Virus genome (UHGV): UHGV-0127437
Origin: a virus
DNA length: 51,462 bases
Strand: one strand, 5' to 3'
A model generated the notes under the pieces. That model made no database searches. It was not told the DNA's origin and saw nothing but the letters and a program-made list of their open reading frames with translations. This document shows, in pieces, positions 1-10,325 of the stretch (its first letter is position 1; every line of letters starts with the position of its first letter). A program made the position numbers and the translations under genes.

Positions 1-49
1 ACATTGATGGGCTATGCCGGGCAGATACAATTCACGACAGACACTTTTT

Positions 50-1315
50 TCACTTCACACGCAAAAGGTCTTCATATCGAGTGGTGTATCGCGGTGAGAG
101 CATCTCCCGCTTCATCTGCCACTGCTGTTGTATGCCCTGTCCGGCGAAGTAGAGCGTACCTACGCCGTCTTTGGTGTTGAGATGATCCAGCACCTTCATC
201 AGTTTGTCGCTATTGCGCCGCGGCGCGTTATCATCAAAAAGGTTGAGTTGTGCCACCCCCTGGCTGAAGAAGTCGCCGAGCATAACGCCTGCCTTCTGGT
301 AACGGCGTCCATCTTTCCAGACAGCATCCAGGCATCGCGTGGCCGCGCCGATAATGTCCCGGCTGTCCTGCGTCGGGGTCAGAAGCTTCACAGAGGCGCT
401 GTTGCCGTAATACGGTTCGTTCAGTGCAAACGGGCTTGTCTTCACGAACGCGGAGATAAACCGGCAATATTGATGCTCGCCGCGCAGCTTCTCCGCCGCC
501 CGGCTGGCGTAACTGAAAATCGCCTGACGCATCTCTTCGTAATCAGTGATACGACCACTGAAGGAGCGTGAGCAGACGATTTCCTGCTTTACTGGTGCAA
601 ACTCTTCCAGTTCCAGACACGGCTCACCACGCAGCTCGCGTACCGTTCTTTCGAGCACAACATTGAAATGCTTCTTGATAAACCGGATATCTGTGTCAGC
701 CAGGTCAAGAGCAGTTTCGATGCCCATCCCCTCCAGCTTTTTAGAGATGCGTCGCCCTATACCCCACACCTCGCCAACTGGCAGCGCAGCTAACAGTTTA
801 CGCTGCCGGCCCACGTTCGATAAATCAACAACACCACCAGTCTGTCGTTGCCACTTCTTTGCCGCATAGTTAGCCAGTTTCGCGAGGGTTTTTGTCTGCG
901 CAATACCGACACCGACGGTGAGATGTGTACGCTGTAATACTGTAGTGCGGATCTCCCGGCCAAATTCAGTAAGATCACGGCAGTTTCGCACGCCAGTCAT
1001 GTCACAAAATGCCTCGTCTATGCTGTAAATTTCGACGCGGGGACTAATTTCTTCCAGCGTTGTCATTACGCGATTCGACATATCAGCGTAAAGCTCATAG
1101 TTACTGGAGAACGCGACGATGCCGTGACGGCGAAAAGTCTCTTTTTGTTTGAAATAGGGCTCCCCCATTTTAACAAAGGACTTCGCTGCTGCTGAACGGG
1201 CAATAACACAGCCATCATTGTTAGAGAGAACGACAACCGGCCTTCCTTTTAGGTCTGGCCTGAACACCGTTTCACAACTCGCATAGAAGCTGTTCACGTC
1301 TACGAGTGCAAACAT
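50..1315 (-). CDS. umuC: DNA polymerase V catalytic subunit UmuC (Y-family translesion polymerase)
   Basis: 421-aa ORF. The N-terminus MFALVDVNSFYASCE...VVVLSNNDGCVIARS is the UmuC/Y-family signature. It starts directly after the stop of the umuD-like ORF. Confidence 0.9.
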   Translation of the reverse strand: MFALVDVNSFYASCETVFRPDLKGRPVVVLSNNDGCVIARSAAAKSFVKMGEPYFKQKETFRRHGIVAFSSNYELYADMSNRVMTTLEEISPRVEIYSIDEAFCDMTGVRNCRDLTEFGREIRTTVLQRTHLTVGVGIAQTKTLAKLANYAAKKWQRQTGGVVDLSNVGRQRKLLAALPVGEVWGIGRRISKKLEGMGIETALDLADTDIRFIKKHFNVVLERTVRELRGEPCLELEEFAPVKQEIVCSRSFSGRITDYEEMRQAIFSYASRAAEKLRGEHQYCRFISAFVKTSPFALNEPYYGNSASVKLLTPTQDSRDIIGAATRCLDAVWKDGRRYQKAGVMLGDFFSQGVAQLNLFDDNAPRRNSDKLMKVLDHLNTKDGVGTLYFAGQGIQQQWQMKREMLSPRYTTRYEDLLRVK

Positions 1316-1317
1316 AC

Positions 1318-1734
1318 TCAGCCAGCAGACTTCACGATGTAAGTTACGACGCCGAAAACCTCCAGATTGTCTTCACTTCCAATCATGATTGGTTTATACA
1401 CAGAGTTTTCAGGCTTGAGCATGACAGCAGGATGCAGCAACAGGCGCTTAACTGTGAACTCACCGTCGACCGCTGCAATGACAATGTCCCCATGCCCTGC
1501 TTTTCGTGAACTGTCGACTACCAACAAATCGCCTTCGCCGATTCCGGCATCACGCATAGAATCTCCTGTGGCCTTCACGAAATACGTCGCGCTTGGGTGC
1601 CTCACCAGCAATTCGTTAAGGTCTATACGCGACTCAACATAGTCCTGAGCAGGGGAAGGAAACCCGCATTGCACAAGGTCACTAAACATTGGGAGCGCCA
1701 CATGGCGTAGATCTGTAGGCGTGAAAAACTGCAT
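1318..1734 (-). CDS. umuD: UmuD (S24 self-cleaving accessory subunit of Pol V)
   Basis: [13 protein letters not shown]...ATGDSM...[17 protein letters not shown] matches UmuD. The track start 1743 is a GTG. The ATG at 1734 has AAGGTG 6 nt upstream. Confidence 0.9.
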   Translation of the reverse strand: MQFFTPTDLRHVALPMFSDLVQCGFPSPAQDYVESRIDLNELLVRHPSATYFVKATGDSMRDAGIGEGDLLVVDSSRKAGHGDIVIAAVDGEFTVKRLLLHPAVMLKPENSVYKPIMIGSEDNLEVFGVVTYIVKSAG

Positions 1735-1752
1735 GATAATCACCTTAATTGA

Positions 1753-1772
1753 TACTGATTATATATACAGTA
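1753..1772 (-). promoter_or_regulatory. LexA (SOS) box in front of umuDC
   Basis: TACTGattatatataCAGTA is a CTG-N10-CAG palindrome 19 nt upstream of the umuD ATG. Confidence 0.85.
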
Positions 1773-2034
1773 TTATTGTATCAATGGCAGCGATCAAGTC
1801 TCTTAGAAGTACAACACGGTAAGTAACTGGCGTGAGGTGAAATTTAGTTTTGTGGGACATCATCGGCGACCTGCACTATCGAACGATCGCCAACTGGCCG
1901 CATCAGTGTCTTGCATACGCTCTGGTGAGTAAACTTGACGACCCTTCGCCTTTAACGCCCCTCTATCATGTATGTCGATCAAGTACCGCGTTAGTGCTAC
2001 ACTTGCACTCTTTCAGAATTCACTGATTTTTCAC

Positions 2035-2397
2035 ATGTTAAAGCTATTTAGTCGATATGTTTCGGTTGGTGTTGTGAACACCGCGATTCATTGGTTATGC
2101 TTTGCTGGTTTGCTTCACTTCTTTGGCGCCAGCCAGGCCATTTCCAATGTTACGGCATTTTGCGTGGCTGTAACTTTTAGCTTCTTCGCTAATGCAAAGT
2201 TTACTTTCAACTCTCAGGCTACGACCGGGCGTTACATTGCGTTCGTCGTATTCATGGGGGTTATGGCTATGCTCACTGGGTTTATCGCAGATCAACTCAA
2301 GGCACCACCGATTTTAACGCTTGTGGCGTTCTCGGCTTTCAGCCTGATCGCGGGATTTATCTACTCAAAATTCATAGTATTTAGGGATGCTAAATGA
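2035..2397 (+). CDS. gtrA: GtrA-family bactoprenol-glucose flippase
   Basis: 120-aa polytopic membrane protein ([20 protein letters not shown]...YSKFIVF) immediately upstream of gtrB with an overlapping stop/start. Confidence 0.8.
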   Translation: MLKLFSRYVSVGVVNTAIHWLCFAGLLHFFGASQAISNVTAFCVAVTFSFFANAKFTFNSQATTGRYIAFVVFMGVMAMLTGFIADQLKAPPILTLVAFSAFSLIAGFIYSKFIVFRDAK

Positions 2398-3314
2398 AAA
2401 TCTCTCTGATCGTTCCGGTCTTCAATGAAGAGGCCACGATACCGATTTTCTACAAAACGGTTCGGGAATTCGACGAATTAAAACAACATGAAGTTGAGAT
2501 AGTATTCATCAACGATGGCAGCAAAGACACAACGGAATCAATTATCAATGCGCTTGCTGTATCCGATCCGCTCGTCATGCCATTATCATTTACCCGTAAT
2601 TTTGGCAAGGAGCCAGCTTTGTTTGCCGGGCTTGATCACGCAACAGGTGATGCTGTTATCCCTATCGATGTCGATTTACAAGACCCCATTGAAGTTATCC
2701 CGCATCTGATAGAGAAATGGCAGGCTGGCGCTGATATGGTTCTGGCTAAACGCACCGATCGTTCAACGGATGGAAGGCTAAAACGAAAGACCGCAGAATG
2801 GTTCTACAAGTTACACAACAAAATCAGCAACCCACAGATCGAAGAGAATGTGGGTGATTTCCGTCTCATGTCCCGTGAGGTTGTGGAAAACATTAAGCTA
2901 ATGCCAGAACGTAACTTGTTCATGAAAGGCGTTCTTAGCTGGGTTGGCGGAAAGACTGACGTTGTGGAATATGCCCGCGGCGAGCGCGTAGCTGGTGACT
3001 CTAAATTCAATGGCTGGAAATTATGGAATCTGGCTCTTGAAGGGATCACCTCCTTCTCAACGTTTCCGCTACGCATGTGGACATACATTGGCCTTTTTGT
3101 CGCAGGTCTGTCATTCCTGTATGGGGCATGGATGATTGTTGATAAGTTATTTTTCGGCAACAGCGTCCCTGGCTATCCGTCGCTGCTTGTATCAATACTT
3201 TTCTTGGGGGGTATTCAACTTATTGGGATCGGTGTTCTTGGTGAGTATATAGGAAGAATTTATATAGAAACAAAGAAAAGACCAAAATATATTTTGGGGA
3301 AACGCAAAAAATGA
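2394..3314 (+). CDS. gtrB: GtrB bactoprenol glucosyltransferase (GT2)
   Basis: [13 protein letters not shown]...INDGSKD...DVDLQDP is a GT2 DxD-type N-terminal domain. Two C-terminal TM helices complete the typical GtrB architecture. Confidence 0.9.
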   Translation: MKISLIVPVFNEEATIPIFYKTVREFDELKQHEVEIVFINDGSKDTTESIINALAVSDPLVMPLSFTRNFGKEPALFAGLDHATGDAVIPIDVDLQDPIEVIPHLIEKWQAGADMVLAKRTDRSTDGRLKRKTAEWFYKLHNKISNPQIEENVGDFRLMSREVVENIKLMPERNLFMKGVLSWVGGKTDVVEYARGERVAGDSKFNGWKLWNLALEGITSFSTFPLRMWTYIGLFVAGLSFLYGAWMIVDKLFFGNSVPGYPSLLVSILFLGGIQLIGIGVLGEYIGRIYIETKKRPKYILGKRKK

Positions 3315-4909
3315 GAATAACGAAGATTTTTATTGTCACTTTGACATTCATTGTTATAAGTCTGCCTTTATTTGGTCACTTCTGGACGTCAGGAGACCTG
3401 TCCGCCCATTATTATAGGCTCATATCTATAAAACATCAGTTGGAAACACATCAGTTTCCGATGTATTTCGATTTCGTAACTGATAACATGCAAGGGTATG
3501 GATATTCATGGAATTTATTTTACCCTCCACTGACAGCTTTTCTGTATACAATTATAGAGCTATTAAGCTTTAATAGCATTGATGCTGTTATACAGTTAAA
3601 AATAAGCATAGCAATAATCTCAGCAATAAATTTTTTTATTATGTATTTTTCTGTAAAGAGAATTTTCAACTCTTCACAAATTGCTTTTATCTCAGCGATA
3701 CTATCCGTTACATCATACTATTTTCTATACAATCAATACACTCGCTCTGCATTTCCTGAAGCTCTTGCTATGAGCTTTGTACCCTTGTTACTTTTGGGGC
3801 TATTTGGGTACATCAACAACAATAAAAATAAAATTTATTTACCATTGTCGTTTTCGTTAATACTGTTAACAAATATACCCGCAACCATTGTCACTCTTAT
3901 ATTTATAACTTTATTTGTAGTAATCTTTCATAAGAAATTCATAGAACAATATCGAGATGTAATTTTACATTCATTTATAGTTATTGGTATAACGTCATTT
4001 TTTATACTTCCGCTTTATTACACATCTAAAGGTGACATTTACGCCTTTACATCTATGAAATCAAGTTATGAATCAATGTGGAAGCTAACCATACCAGTTA
4101 TTAACTTAATCATACCGACAAGAACAACGGAGTACCCTTTCAGACTTATTACACCGGGATGGGTTATAATGGGGCTAATAATAGCCTTGTTCACCATGAA
4201 AAAAAATGGTGATAAATTATCTTCCATGCTTGATGGGCACCATAAGGTGGCTATTTCAATATCTTTATTATTCATAATAATGTGCTCACAAATGTTCCCA
4301 TGGAATCACATACCAAAACAGCTTCCGGTACTTAATTTCATTCAGTTCCCCTGGCGAATGATGCTTATATCATCGCCAATCCTGTGCATTTTCGCTGCTC
4401 TAACTCTTGTCAAAATCGCCCAAGAATCCCAAGGGAAGAAAGGTTTAATTTATATTGTCATATTTTCATCAATTATTCTTTCTATGTATGCGTCAACAAG
4501 TCCATTCGATAACAAGGCGAGACTGCCATGGTATCAAGTATATCTTGATTACATGCCTAACAACATGGCGAGAAAAATAAATGAAATTAAAAAAACCAAA
4601 AAAGAACCTATAGTGTTAAGTGGAAATGGAAGTATTGTAAGCGCTAGATTAACTGGCGGCTATCCAACATATAAATATATTTGCATGGATGATTGTACAA
4701 TTCAACTTCCTGTAATTCCTTATAGAGGATATGAGGTAGAAGGAGTTAAATCTTTTTCTGAAAACAACATGGGGTTGATGCAGGTTAACGTATCAAAAGG
4801 GAGTGGGCAAATAAATTTAAAATATAATCCAATTATTATCTACATATCATACGGAATTACGTTAATCACAATAATATTGTTGTTATATTTTACAAGAAGA
4901 AAATCATGA
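3311..4909 (+). CDS. GtrC-type serotype-specific O-antigen glucosyltransferase (large polytopic membrane protein)
   Basis: 532-aa, very AT-rich, multi-TM ORF in the third position of a gtrAB cassette. The call rests on position and architecture, not on sequence recognition. Confidence 0.6.
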   Translation: MRITKIFIVTLTFIVISLPLFGHFWTSGDLSAHYYRLISIKHQLETHQFPMYFDFVTDNMQGYGYSWNLFYPPLTAFLYTIIELLSFNSIDAVIQLKISIAIISAINFFIMYFSVKRIFNSSQIAFISAILSVTSYYFLYNQYTRSAFPEALAMSFVPLLLLGLFGYINNNKNKIYLPLSFSLILLTNIPATIVTLIFITLFVVIFHKKFIEQYRDVILHSFIVIGITSFFILPLYYTSKGDIYAFTSMKSSYESMWKLTIPVINLIIPTRTTEYPFRLITPGWVIMGLIIALFTMKKNGDKLSSMLDGHHKVAISISLLFIIMCSQMFPWNHIPKQLPVLNFIQFPWRMMLISSPILCIFAALTLVKIAQESQGKKGLIYIVIFSSIILSMYASTSPFDNKARLPWYQVYLDYMPNNMARKINEIKKTKKEPIVLSGNGSIVSARLTGGYPTYKYICMDDCTIQLPVIPYRGYEVEGVKSFSENNMGLMQVNVSKGSGQINLKYNPIIIYISYGITLITIILLLYFTRRKS

Positions 4910-4911
4910 TA

Positions 4912-4938
4912 GAAGGGGCCGCATAAAACGGCCCCTTC
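4912..4938. terminator. Bidirectional intrinsic terminator between convergent gtrC and tailspike
   Basis: aaggggccg-cataaaa-cggcccctt GC-rich hairpin located between the two stop codons. Confidence 0.7.
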
Positions 4939-4941
4939 TTA

Positions 4942-6978
4942 TTAAACTATATTACCCACACCATCTTTCCACGCACTTCCTGTCCATGTGATAGCATAAC
5001 CAAGAGTTGTATCCAGTATCTGCGCTCCTGCATCTGCTGCGTTTAATGAAGGGCGTAGTGCGGTCGTAAAGCTCGGTATCCGCACAGGTTTGTTAGCCTG
5101 TATGACGTTGTTCGGAGAAGTAATGTTACCAAAAGAACCAGATACTACGTGGATGACTGCGTAGCGATAACGTAACGCACCTACGCCAGTCCCTTCATCA
5201 GTGCCTAATGAAATAGTGCCGTCTCTGTGTGGCCGCAGGTACGCATGGCTACCTGACTCGTATACCGGGCCGAGGCGCATTGGGTTGGCGGTGCCGATAC
5301 AGATCCAGTTGGCAGAGAATAGCCGGTTATATGCTGTAGGGGCAGACCCATCAACATTATTGACTGTCAGGTCACTGACACCCAAGCCGTTGTGCCCACC
5401 AATAATACTCACTCGACCCGTAAGGTTAGTCATATAGTGGGTTCCAGCTTCACTATAGGTGTTTACCAAGTTAACGTTCGCTACCCGGTTCATGTAGAGA
5501 TTCCCTACACGAATGGTCGTGTTAACAAAGAATAGCTTGCTGCCGCGCCCATCCTGCCATTCTTTCGGATAACCGTTGACTGACGTTGTACCACTCCCAG
5601 ATCCGTCTGTAGCGTAATCGTTCATTCGGTTCGCGGGTTTCTCTGCGGTGTTTATCGCGGCATCGAGGTAAACCCCGCGAATGACGCTATTTGAGAAAAA
5701 CAGGTCGGACGTTCCTGTGCCGCCCCAAATCCAGTTAAGCGCGTAGCCGTTAGCCCCTTGCGGGTATTTAGTCCCGTCCCGGATATCCCGGTCAGTACCC
5801 TTTAGTTTCAACCCATACGAGCTAATCGCGCTTACCAACTGAGTGGGCTGTTTTGGGTCGAGAGGCCATGCAAAGAAATTATCGAATGACAAATCGCACA
5901 TGCTTTGACTGTTGATGCGCCCATTGATATTGAACGTATTGCCAGAACCGTTATTCTGGTCAGATCGGGAGCAGTCGAGGAGAACTGCATCATTCGCAAA
6001 GTAGCCGATAACCGCAGTACCAGACAAGGTTAACCCTGACACTGCCGGAACAAACAGGCCATATGAGAAGCACGCCGTTGCCCCGACGTCATCCACCCCG
6101 GTCAGCGATGGCGCTTCAAGAGTCCCGTCTGTCCGTTTGCGCCACCCCATCAGCACAACGTTGTTGATTGAGATTCCGTGGTCGCAAATACATAAGCCTG
6201 CACTGATCGCCGGGTCATCAGCGCCCTCTACAACGTCTGTCAGGACGTACGTTGCGGGGGTGCCTTTGAGGTTAAATCGGGTAAATCCCGGATCACTGAT
6301 AAGCGTCGCGAGTGTCGTCGCCTCATGACGCATACTATGTGAACGCACCGTGACGGCCTGCGCACCGGTAATGGTCGTGTTTCGTGGGATCATTCCCCAT
6401 TCAATATCAAAATCACCTGGGGGGAAGTGGCAGTTCCTACCAGCATTCTCATCTAAAAACGCCTGGATTTCTTCTTTTGTTGCGCCGCTTCCCCCCGTGA
6501 AATACACGTCATAAGACAGCCGTTCTGCAACCGTCACATCACCATAGCCGATCTGATCTGCACCGGTTGGCAGCGCCAGTTCGCGGCGCAGGACATCGCT
6601 GACATCTACGGCCAGCCATTTTCCGACACCTGTACCGCCGGATGAATCTGGAGTAGAGCCTGGCGGAACGGTTTTCGGTAGGGTCGTTAGATCATCCCAG
6701 CGATACCATGCGCCTGTTGTCTCATCCTGAATGATGTCACCGGCGGAATTAATAACCGCCCCGCCCTGAAATGTCCCGACTGGATTTAAGCCGAGGTTCG
6801 CGAGCGCTGTTTTATAACGCTCTTCCATTCCATGCCACGTAAGGCGCGGCACGCCAAAACGGTCATCCCATGTTTCATTAACCCGGTCATTCGAAAGGTG
6901 ATCAAAGTTCTGTGCGTTATCGTAAAGAACCTTGGCGGATGCAGAACCAAGAGGTTCATTGGTGTTATAGGTGGTCAT
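4942..6978 (-). CDS. Tailspike / receptor-binding protein (probable beta-helix O-antigen depolymerase)
   Basis: 678-aa terminal gene of the tail module next to gtrABC. It is Gly/Asn/Thr-rich and repetitive, like beta-helix tailspikes. The N-terminal ~120 aa look like a conserved adaptor domain. Confidence 0.6.
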   Translation of the reverse strand: MTTYNTNEPLGSASAKVLYDNAQNFDHLSNDRVNETWDDRFGVPRLTWHGMEERYKTALANLGLNPVGTFQGGAVINSAGDIIQDETTGAWYRWDDLTTLPKTVPPGSTPDSSGGTGVGKWLAVDVSDVLRRELALPTGADQIGYGDVTVAERLSYDVYFTGGSGATKEEIQAFLDENAGRNCHFPPGDFDIEWGMIPRNTTITGAQAVTVRSHSMRHEATTLATLISDPGFTRFNLKGTPATYVLTDVVEGADDPAISAGLCICDHGISINNVVLMGWRKRTDGTLEAPSLTGVDDVGATACFSYGLFVPAVSGLTLSGTAVIGYFANDAVLLDCSRSDQNNGSGNTFNINGRINSQSMCDLSFDNFFAWPLDPKQPTQLVSAISSYGLKLKGTDRDIRDGTKYPQGANGYALNWIWGGTGTSDLFFSNSVIRGVYLDAAINTAEKPANRMNDYATDGSGSGTTSVNGYPKEWQDGRGSKLFFVNTTIRVGNLYMNRVANVNLVNTYSEAGTHYMTNLTGRVSIIGGHNGLGVSDLTVNNVDGSAPTAYNRLFSANWICIGTANPMRLGPVYESGSHAYLRPHRDGTISLGTDEGTGVGALRYRYAVIHVVSGSFGNITSPNNVIQANKPVRIPSFTTALRPSLNAADAGAQILDTTLGYAITWTGSAWKDGVGNIV

Positions 6979-6990
6979 GCTGGCCTCATA

Positions 6991-7019
6991 AAATAGAAAA
7001 CCCGCGATTATTCGCGGGT
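6991..7019 (-). terminator. Intrinsic terminator after the HExxH moron, just upstream of the tailspike start
   Basis: On the minus strand: ACCCGCGA-ATAA-TCGCGGGT followed by TTTTCTATTT. Confidence 0.65.
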
Positions 7020-7043
7020 TCTGAATGTTATCTAGTGGAGTGA

Positions 7044-7565
7044 TTATTTGATGAAAGACAAGATCTCATTTTCTTGGAAAGTGTATTTTTTATCCTCTTC
7101 CTCAACAGAGAGACAAAGTGCATCTGATAATTTCCTTACTACTGAATAATTATCAGCTATCAGTGTTGCGGTTTCCTGATCTACTTGATGGTGCAGCGAT
7201 TCAAAACTGATACTATTGCCGTAAAGATTTTTCAATAGCAGCAAGTATTCATGCGCTTTTAACCAGTCAAGACGCCCTCCTCCACCTGCATTAAACTCTC
7301 TTCTCACGGTGGCTGCATTATATGCAATACCATTAAATGCCTGTGCATACACACCAGACCATAAAGTAATTATTCTGGATTTGGTGAATGTTATTACGTC
7401 ATTGACATCATAAATGTTCCAGTCAGGTATTATAGTGGTCGACCCTTTCGGCCCTGAAAGAGAATCATTAATTATCTCTATAGGGCCGACAATACCACCT
7501 TGTAATTTCCATGAGAGCCAATGCCCAACCTCGTGTAACACAACATCCTTTAACTGAACCGCCAT
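7044..7565 (-). CDS. HExxH zinc-metallopeptidase-like moron protein (FtsH M41 / ImmA-like layout)
   Basis: The ATG at 7565 is preceded by GGGAGGGG. VVLHEVGHWL lies at residues 8-17. The downstream pattern ...IEII..GPKGSTTIIP...TKSRIITLWSGVYAQAF resembles the FtsH protease domain. The gene is AT-rich relative to the tail genes. Confidence 0.5.
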   Translation of the reverse strand: MAVQLKDVVLHEVGHWLSWKLQGGIVGPIEIINDSLSGPKGSTTIIPDWNIYDVNDVITFTKSRIITLWSGVYAQAFNGIAYNAATVRREFNAGGGGRLDWLKAHEYLLLLKNLYGNSISFESLHHQVDQETATLIADNYSVVRKLSDALCLSVEEEDKKYTFQENEILSFIK

Positions 7566-7607
7566 ATCCCCTCCCGCATCCACAGTCGATATTACACTAC
7601 ATCACGA

Positions 7608-10325
7608 TCATCCTACATTGCCGGGATAAGTGGCATTGTCGTAATCGTAGAAGCTGGGTTTATACTGCTTCGCCGTTACCTGGCATGTGCCATCAGATTG
7701 AGGCGCGATCTCAGAGATAATGGCGTTATAGCCAACGCGCGAAGAGTCGCAAAAAATAAGGCGTGGTGGCTCAATAGCCGGATCATTGAGGACGATTTCA
7801 GCAAATTCATTCAGGTATCGCACTGTCACCTGATAATCATCAGCCCTGATTGCCGTAAGAAGAGATGATGCGGTCCCGTCCTGAAATCGGATGATCACTC
7901 GCGGGTTTTCATAACTCCAATCCAGTGGCTCGGTTACCGTGAATGTTGTCAGCGCATTTTCGGTTGTCATTTCATCAACCAGACAGGAAATAGTTTTATT
8001 GCCAGGAATATCGTCTGTCAGCACTATGCGGTCGCCGACGTTATAGCAAAGGGCGTCCAGTTCGGTTAATGTCGTATGCGTCAGCCGTTGCTGTAGGTAC
8101 TTAATCAGCCGCCGCATGCCGATCTGATATGCCCGGTCCCGGTCGAGCACACCGTCAAGCGTATAGTCTTCGATTTTTACGGGCGTTGGATTTCCCGGTA
8201 TCCGGCACTGTACCGTTTCCTCCGCCCAGGTGGTGCCGTTGATATACGTAACGTCCACGCCGTCATAGTCGTCGTAAGACGGAGCCACGAACGCGGTTTG
8301 CAAGTCTTCTGTCATCTCATGTGGACTGATAACCCCCGACCAGGGCTTAACGCCTTCGCGCGCAACCGAGGCAAGCCCGTCTGCCAGCAGAAAATAGCTT
8401 TTCCCGGCGTTGGCGATCTTCTGCAAAACCTCCAGCGCAGATGTGCTGTCAGTCGTCTCGAAGTCGAAAAACTCATTGTCAGGCGTCCAGTACGCACTTT
8501 CCAGCGCATCAATGGCGTCGGTGTCCATATCCAGCCCCAGCGAGTTACCAACATAGTACAGCGCGCCGGAGATGCTGCGCGCCGCGCCAGTGTCGTAAAT
8601 CCTTGTAGCTACCACGTTCACCCGGCGATCGGACTGCGCCGCCAGCTTACCGCCGGTTTCCACCGTGACGCCCATCGTCGTTACGCCAGCGTACGATGAC
8701 GGCCTGGTCAGCAGGCGGCCACGCAATGATTGCCAGTACATATTATCTCGGCTGTTATCCTGCCCCTGCTCGTTAGTGCGCCGACACCGCACTTCAACAA
8801 GACCGGGAGAATTCAGCGTGATGCGCTCAGTGAAACCAAGGCCATTAATATTTTTTGTGTTATACGAACCGGTTTTGCTCATCCATCCCGAACCAGAACC
8901 ATAAACGCGGTACTGAACTTCCCAGCGAACCGTTCTGTTTTGTTTTCTCCCTTTTTTGTCGTACCCGCAAATGCCATTCGGGAAGAAGAAATTCACTTCA
9001 AACATGTCGATGGTTTCATTATCCGGGCATGCCAGAAATGGCCCCATCCAGGAGTCATTCTGGTTAACGCCAGATGCCTCAAAATCAAGTACGGTACGCG
9101 CCACGAAACCCGGCCATGTGTTATCGACAACACCGTCAATCAAGCGTTGAAGAGTCACACTGGTGCCGTCCACGTCGAAAATTTTGAACTGATATCCAGC
9201 GTGAGAAACAGAAAGCCTGATATACCCCTCAGGAATACCCGTAAAAGGCGCGCCGGTTTCATTCTCATAAGCCAGCGTTATAGACGCGGTGACTTCCTCT
9301 TCTTCCTCTGTCGCGTCTGCATGCGGCGTATACGAAGCGATAAACAGGCTATAGTCGACGCTGTTGTACCAGAGCGTTACCGGCATTCCGACGTAAGGGG
9401 CGATTTCCGCCAGATTGTCACTGGTAATACGGCTGTATGCGCCATCGTTGGTAACAACAAACTGATCGGGTACGATTAGCTCAACCGTCGCACCAGCAAC
9501 CCAGGAATCAGGCAGCTCGTTTGTTGCAGTATCGTCGTCAGCGCTTAATCCGTTAAATGTGATTGTACTTCCCGACACCGTCAGCGACTGCGCCACAACA
9601 TCATCCGTATCCGGCGCGGTCTGGGCCATATCCAGCCCGGCACCCGATGACGTCCCGCCAACCTCGGTAGAGTTAAACCAGTTTTCGCTACGGCGATCAC
9701 CAGCCACATTCTGACCTGGCTGAAAAACGGTGTACGTGAAACCATCACCAAGCGATGAAACTGGTGTGGCACCAACACGCATATCCCCTTCGCCGAATGA
9801 AAATTGTCCGAATCCCAGAGCAACGAACATTTCAACGGTCATCACTGTCGGATCGTCCGGGCGGAACCGGGTTACCGGCTGCACTACATAATCGGGGTAA
9901 ATTCGGCGGCGTCCGAACAGCTCGCGGATTGGATCGCCCAGTTTTGCACGATTCGCTTTTGCCGGGTTAACGTCCAGTGAATCGCCTGTCGACGAAGAAA
10001 AACCACCGGGATCTGATGCGCCAGGCGCAAAGAACAGCGCATAAGCCACAGATGCGACCGAAACAGCAACGGCAATCCACGCCAGCGCAACGGCGCCATG
10101 AGGAACCGGATAAATGCGCACATCACTTGTCGGGCTGATCGCATAATCGAACCATGCCGCAGCCGGGATATTCACGCCGTCCACTTCAATGGCGATCGGA
10201 TGTTTCATATCAGCGCGATAATTATCAACGTTCCGCGTCATCCACTGATGGATCGTGATAGCACTATGTTCATGCGTTTCCAGCGGTTCGCCAGGTAATC
10301 GGGAAGGATAAATTCTAATGGTCAC
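7608..10325 (-). CDS. Tail tip / host-specificity protein (J-like central fibre protein)
   Basis: 905-aa ORF following the NlpC/P60 tail protein, at the position and with the size of siphovirus J-like proteins. Confidence 0.7.
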   Translation of the reverse strand: MTIRIYPSRLPGEPLETHEHSAITIHQWMTRNVDNYRADMKHPIAIEVDGVNIPAAAWFDYAISPTSDVRIYPVPHGAVALAWIAVAVSVASVAYALFFAPGASDPGGFSSSTGDSLDVNPAKANRAKLGDPIRELFGRRRIYPDYVVQPVTRFRPDDPTVMTVEMFVALGFGQFSFGEGDMRVGATPVSSLGDGFTYTVFQPGQNVAGDRRSENWFNSTEVGGTSSGAGLDMAQTAPDTDDVVAQSLTVSGSTITFNGLSADDDTATNELPDSWVAGATVELIVPDQFVVTNDGAYSRITSDNLAEIAPYVGMPVTLWYNSVDYSLFIASYTPHADATEEEEEVTASITLAYENETGAPFTGIPEGYIRLSVSHAGYQFKIFDVDGTSVTLQRLIDGVVDNTWPGFVARTVLDFEASGVNQNDSWMGPFLACPDNETIDMFEVNFFFPNGICGYDKKGRKQNRTVRWEVQYRVYGSGSGWMSKTGSYNTKNINGLGFTERITLNSPGLVEVRCRRTNEQGQDNSRDNMYWQSLRGRLLTRPSSYAGVTTMGVTVETGGKLAAQSDRRVNVVATRIYDTGAARSISGALYYVGNSLGLDMDTDAIDALESAYWTPDNEFFDFETTDSTSALEVLQKIANAGKSYFLLADGLASVAREGVKPWSGVISPHEMTEDLQTAFVAPSYDDYDGVDVTYINGTTWAEETVQCRIPGNPTPVKIEDYTLDGVLDRDRAYQIGMRRLIKYLQQRLTHTTLTELDALCYNVGDRIVLTDDIPGNKTISCLVDEMTTENALTTFTVTEPLDWSYENPRVIIRFQDGTASSLLTAIRADDYQVTVRYLNEFAEIVLNDPAIEPPRLIFCDSSRVGYNAIISEIAPQSDGTCQVTAKQYKPSFYDYDNATYPGNVG

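Noticed and set aside
1841-1847. AATTTAG shared between the left intergenic region (1841-1847) and the phoP leader (50722-50728) as a possible att core
   Set aside because: It is only 7 bp, so a chance match is plausible in AT-rich DNA. The right copy lies inside sequence that looks like conserved host phoP leader rather than at the phage/host junction.
8730-9479. 249-aa plus-strand ORF, and several other plus-strand ORFs between 8298 and 10298, inside the J-like gene
   Set aside because: They are entirely antisense to a 905-aa ORF with a coherent structural role. Their composition is Arg/Ser/Cys/His-rich, typical of the antisense frames of GC-balanced genes, and they lack SD sequences.
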